NCBI GenBank assembly: GCA_958009085.1
Contig: OY253670.1
Coordinates: 558,001-622,000 of the forward strand
From: Protoeuglena noctilucae
Lineage: Eukaryota
Direction: 5' to 3'
DNA: 64,000 nucleotides
Shown piece after piece: positions 59,698 to 64,000 of the stretch. Both the position numbers and the translations under genes were made by a program. The notes under the pieces are model-generated. The model had not been told where the DNA came from. It made no database searches and saw only the letters and a program-made list of their open reading frames with translations. How positions within the stretch are numbered: the first letter of the stretch is position 1; each line of letters begins with the position of its first letter.

Positions 59698-61506
59698 ATG
59701 GAGAACGAGGCGAGGCTCGTGGACTTCCTTCGTCCGGTGAGAATGGCGACTGCGAGGAGCCGCGGCGAATGTGCTTCAGCATCGCCACGGGAGCGCTACG
59801 CGTCCTCCAAGACAAGGCTGGGCAATGCGCGGGCTTCCGAGGCGTTTTCGGCCTACTCGCTGCAGGAAGAGATTGCAGAATGGGAAAGCGAAAAGAAGTT
59901 CTTCCCCCTTTTCGCGGGCATGGCGCTCGTCGGCTTCTACGGGACGTACTTCACCGTGGAAAGGTGAGGGCGTTTCGGGGCCCCGCGGCACGGCGGAGTG
60001 CGCGCGTGCGGTTCATGGTGCTCTTGAACTGCGATTGTCTACATGGCAGTGGCTCCTTTGGCGCCCATCGACGCCACCTCGGCCGTCGTCGCCTTCGCAG
60101 CTTCCTGGACGTGCTGAAGCGAGCCAACGTGTTTAGCGTGGATGAGGACGACAAGAAGAAGTTCGCTTTCCTCATCGGTGAGTTGAGTTCGGGGGCTTCT
60201 TGCGCGGATCCCTGGAACACGGCACCTCACGCACACGGGCCCGGTTCGCGCGCACGCAGTGAGGACGGCGCTCGCCCCCCTCTTCTTCTGCTTCGGCATC
60301 TACATGGCCATGTTCCACTGGGGATGGCTCGCGGACTCGGACCGCACCTTCCTCTTCAGGCGAGTACGTTCCCGCTCGCCACGCCTGGAACTCCTTCCGT
60401 CCCCCCCGTCGCTGCAAAGTCCCTCGCTTGCCCGCTCGCAGCCAGGCAACCATGTCAGTCGCGGCAGCTTTCGTGGCGATGCAAATAAACGAGGTCATGT
60501 TTTTCATTAAGAACAACAAGGTGCGGGGCAGCGCGGGAGCGGACGGCCGAGCTCTGTCACATGCCCTGGCGCATTGCTGCGCTGTGGCCGTTTACAGGAC
60601 GCCCATCACCGTTGTCGAGCACTGGTATGCAGGCCTACCCGGACGACGTGGGCGTCGCCCTGGTCACCACCCCGCTCTACTGCATCTACCTGTTCACGTA
60701 CCTCTTCTGGCCGTCCAGCATGAGCCTCAGGGTGAGTGGCCGGCCGCGGCAGGAGCCAGTTGCGCAGCCCACCCGACGCTGCGGTAGAAAAGGGCAACGC
60801 TGGCACTGCTCACGCGCTCCCGGAGCCGGAGATGCGAGGTGTCGCGGCGTGTGCATGGCTTGCGTCTCCGCGCCTTCGCCGCAGGTCATCCTGAGCCACT
60901 TCATCTTCGGGGAGCTCTTCAACTTCGCCAAGGGCATCAACTTCCTCTCCGGCGCCACGGGCACCTGGGCCGTCTTCACCCCCTCCCTCGTCGCCCGCCA
61001 GGCTCTCTCCATCGCTCGCCAGCTCGTCGGCGTGGGTGAGCCAGCGGCGCTCCCGTGGTCACCGGGGCATGATTGCTGCGCCTGACTGCCAAGGCACAGG
61101 ACCGCCAACCCCGGCCCCCTGATTCCCCTTCACAGCGGCCAACCTCTACGCCTGGTACTGGCTCATCTGGAACAAGGTGTGGGACCTCGAGCTGCCGGAG
61201 GAGCTCCAAATCAACCTCCTCTGGGTCGCCATCGTCTACGGCGTCGGGGCCATCTCGCTCAACCTCGTCATCTACTCGGAGTTCAAGCTCACCTTGGACA
61301 TGTCCAAGACTCTGCTCAGCCAGAGGTGAGCACGGAGGAGGGGAAGCGGCACCCAGAGGCGCGTAGAGGGCCCTCCCGCTCGACCCCCACGTCCACGTCG
61401 GCGCAGGAGCAAGCGCATGAAGGCCGACGAGCTTAAGAAGAAGCAGGAGCGCAAGGAGAAGGTCGAGAAGGTCGAGAAGGCCAAGAAGGACGGGAAGGCC
61501 GAGTGA
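59698..61506 (+). CDS. Multi-pass membrane protein (~6-7 TM, possibly TLC-domain-like) with a Lys-rich C-terminal tail
   Basis: 8 exons join in frame: MENEARLVDFLRP|EEIAEW..FFPLFAGMALVGFYGTYF..LAPLFFCFGIYMAMF..VALVTTPLYCIYLFTYLFW..INLLWVAIVYGVGAISLNLVIY..KKDGKAE*. Strong C/G-ending codon bias. Confidence 0.7.
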
Positions 61507-61736
61507 GGTGTTTCTGACGGCTGGAGAGCGATCGCGTCGTGATGATTCGCGGCCGAGCCGACCGCGCTGCAGACGCCTAGTGCGCGCTCGTCACACCTCC
61601 GGTGCCGTTGTTTGCTTTGCTTCCTCCTTTGCCCCTAGCCGAAGCGCCGAAGCGCCGGCGCACGATCGCCACACACCGATTGCTCCCGTGAATCAGAACT
61701 GCGGAGTGAGGGCTGCAGCCAGCCCCGGGGGCCTCA

Positions 61737-64000
61737 ATGGCCCCCCCGATAGCGCGCGGGAGGGGGGGGGCGGCAAGGCTCGCATTCGCATGGTGAGCGC
61801 CGTCGCAGAAACGATCATTGCGAATAATATTCTGCGCTTCGATGGGCGAACTGGCCGCTAGCCTCCTGAAATCCTGAGTAACTCCGAATCGCTGCCAAAA
61901 CCGACCGCCCTCAGGTGGTGGTGCGCCATACTTCTCGTCCTGGTCGTGGGCCTGGCCGCTGCGCACGGTGAGCCCCTGCAGGCGCCGCTCCAGGCGTCCC
62001 CGCCTCTTCCCATCGCGTGCGCCCTGAGGAGAAACGCGATGCCTCGCTTGCGATGCCGGCATGCGCAGCGTGACCGGTAGAAACCAGGATATCGACCGCG
62101 GCGACGCCTGAGACCCGCGGGCCCCTCCGCCCCCAGGACCCATTCTTGCCCTCGCACGCCGCTCTCTGCCCGCCGCGGCACTGCTTCTCACCGGCGCCGT
62201 CTCCGCGTTCCTCATCGACAGCATCCTCCTCGCGTTGACGGCGCGCCTTGAGAAGCGGAAGGCGAGTCGCCGATGGGCAGAGATTTGGGTGATTTCCTGC
62301 TCGTGGCCCTCCCTGCGCACCCCGCCCGGCCCGCCCCGCCCCCGCAGGACTCCGCGTTGCCCGCCGAGTGGGCCATGGCAATCCCCAGCGTTCTGGCCTT
62401 CGCCCCACTCATCCTCGCGGCCGTCCCCGGCCCGGCCACGGGTGCCCTCGCCACGGGCGCCACATGGCACGTCGACTCTGGCGGCTACCCTCGGCTGCAC
62501 GTCCTCGAATTCCTTATCGCCATCGTGCCCTCCGCCGTGCTCATGAAGTCTGCCTCGCTGGCGTACCGCCTCCACGTCTCCATCCCCGACCTCCTCGGCA
62601 CGTGCAAGTGCCGGCTCGCGAGGCGAGTCATCTACCTCACGACGGCCGCCGTCGCCTCCCTCATTTTCGCCCTCATCCTCTGCTACGAGGCCATCCGCCT
62701 CTCTCGCGCCCTGAGCGCCTCGACCGTCCAGGACATGCTCACCGCCCTCGAGGTCGCCTATCAAGCAGACCGCAGCGCAATGGTGTCCTTGGACGGTAGC
62801 GGCGCCCGGTCCGCCCTCGACGCGCTCAGCGCGTACGTCAAGTCGCAGACCGACGTCTGCGTGCGGGCCGTCCGCCTGGGCTCGGCGCCCGTGGCCGTCA
62901 GCTGCGGGGGGACCCGCCCCGGCCCCGCATGGGACGTGGTGGTGCAGGAGACCCTGCCCTCGGGCGACGTGTTCGCCGTCACGCTGGACCACACAGGCGA
63001 GTCGCGCCGGCTCGCAGCGACGCCGGGATTTCGCGGGCACGTCGCATGACGCATCCGGGTCCCCACCCGCTGCCTACCGTGAGCGGCATGCGTCTTACAT
63101 GAGAGTTCCTCCCGTCCGCAGACTGGCGCCGGGATCTGCTCCTGAAGCGCACCCCGATCGCCGCCGGCGTCCAGGTGGCCGTGCTTCTCGTGGGCGCGGC
63201 TCTGATCCTGGCACCCATGGCCGCCTTCGGGGTCGTGCGCCCCCTCGAGTCGCTTTTCCGACAGGTCCTCGAGTGCGCGAGGTACTTGGACCACAACGGC
63301 CTCCTGCCCCCGCCGGGGCCCCTACCCCGGCAGCTGCACCGCGGGAGGTCGTCGACCGACCAGCGCCACCGGGAGGGCCGCCTGCCTGGGGTTGTGCGTG
63401 GGGCGTCATCCAAGGGCCTTGCCGGGCTTTCTTCTCCCACCGAAGGCCTCTTCCACGCCCCGCAAGATGGGCGCCTCCCGCGCGACTCGTCGGGCGGCAG
63501 GGGCTGCGTGGAGGGCGAGGAGCTGACGATCGAAGAAGCCATGTCACGCGTGGCGCACATGACGCAGCGCCTCATCCAGGCGCACGTCCTCGACTCCAAC
63601 GCCCTCGTGCACCGTCTCATGAACCAGATCTACGGGCACGACCCCCTGGCGTGCAGGTGCCGGGTCCTCCAGGCTGCCAATCGCTGCTCTTTCTGCAGCT
63701 CTGTCGCCATCGGAGCGACTCCTCACACCTTCAAGCCCCGCCCCCGCAGTTCGGTGGTCAACAACATCATCCAGCTGTACATCAGCCCCGCCCGAGGGAA
63801 CAAGGAGTCGTCGTACATCGCCGTCTCCTCGAGATCACGCGCCAAGGTGATGGCCGCAAAAAGGCTTCCTCTGAGCCACGTTCAATCCTTTACTGGATGG
63901 CGCGGCTGCGTGTACCATGCTGCCAGCATGAAGTCGGCGCTGCATGTGTAAGAAGACCAGGAAGCTTGCGTGGCGAGGGGCAATGTCTCTGCAAAGCTCA
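61737..64000 (+). CDS. Multi-pass membrane protein, 5' part (continues beyond the window); possible sensor region of a cyclic-nucleotide or other signalling enzyme
   Basis: In-frame exons from MAPPIARG..WWWCAILLVLVVGLAAAH through several hydrophobic helices, an extracytoplasmic-looking loop, TM + VVRPLE (HAMP-like start) and a helical linker. The last visible donor is at 63847. Confidence 0.6.

Noticed and set aside
1..64000. Alternative nuclear genetic code (TAR=Gln as in some ulvophytes)
   Set aside because: TAA (RFC5, DGK, IPMS), TAG (CTDSP) and TGA (VTA1, RSP10) all end proteins at the expected C-termini, and conserved exons contain no in-frame stops.
1..64000. Introner-like repeated introns
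   Set aside because: By eye, introns share only donor and acceptor consensus (GTGAG/GCGAG/GTGCG...CGCAG), not body sequence. An all-vs-all alignment would be needed to exclude this fully.
1..64000. tRNA, rRNA and snRNA genes
   Set aside because: No cloverleaf, rRNA or Sm-site snRNA signature recognised in the intergenic segments. No covariance search was run.

Overview
Gene-dense, very GC-rich, intron-rich eukaryotic nuclear DNA, most likely a flagellated green alga (evidence: a Chlamydomonas-type radial spoke protein 10, plastid-targeted IPMS and MATE, plant-type ASY1, DGK and LIP5). I traced about 20 spliced genes by hand: SNU114/EFTUD2 (partial), isopropylmalate synthase, RBMX2, an ankyrin/TM/coiled-coil protein, a PLP aminotransferase, DGK, a ubiquitin-like-domain protein, ASY1/HOP1, a GR-repeat protein, RSP10, a GW-repeat protein, MATE, VTA1, a BtuF-like protein, a CCCH zinc-finger protein, RFC5, a CTD small phosphatase, two membrane proteins and one low-complexity orphan. 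I found no rRNA, tRNA, CRISPR array or recognisable transposon. The most unusual signals are: (1) about 20 GC-AG introns; (2) 18 consecutive genes in strict minus/plus alternation; (3) a palindromic array of 5' splice-site hexamers with cUUCGg hairpins inside an intron of meiotic ASY1; (4) two orphan proteins with GW/WG motifs, one also with a PAM2-like motif; (5) a ~1270-aa GR-repeat protein with CENP-C-like R..WW motifs; (6) a DGK whose second C1 domain is split by a large insert; (7) two single-base frameshifts. All gene models are manual and have no transcript support.
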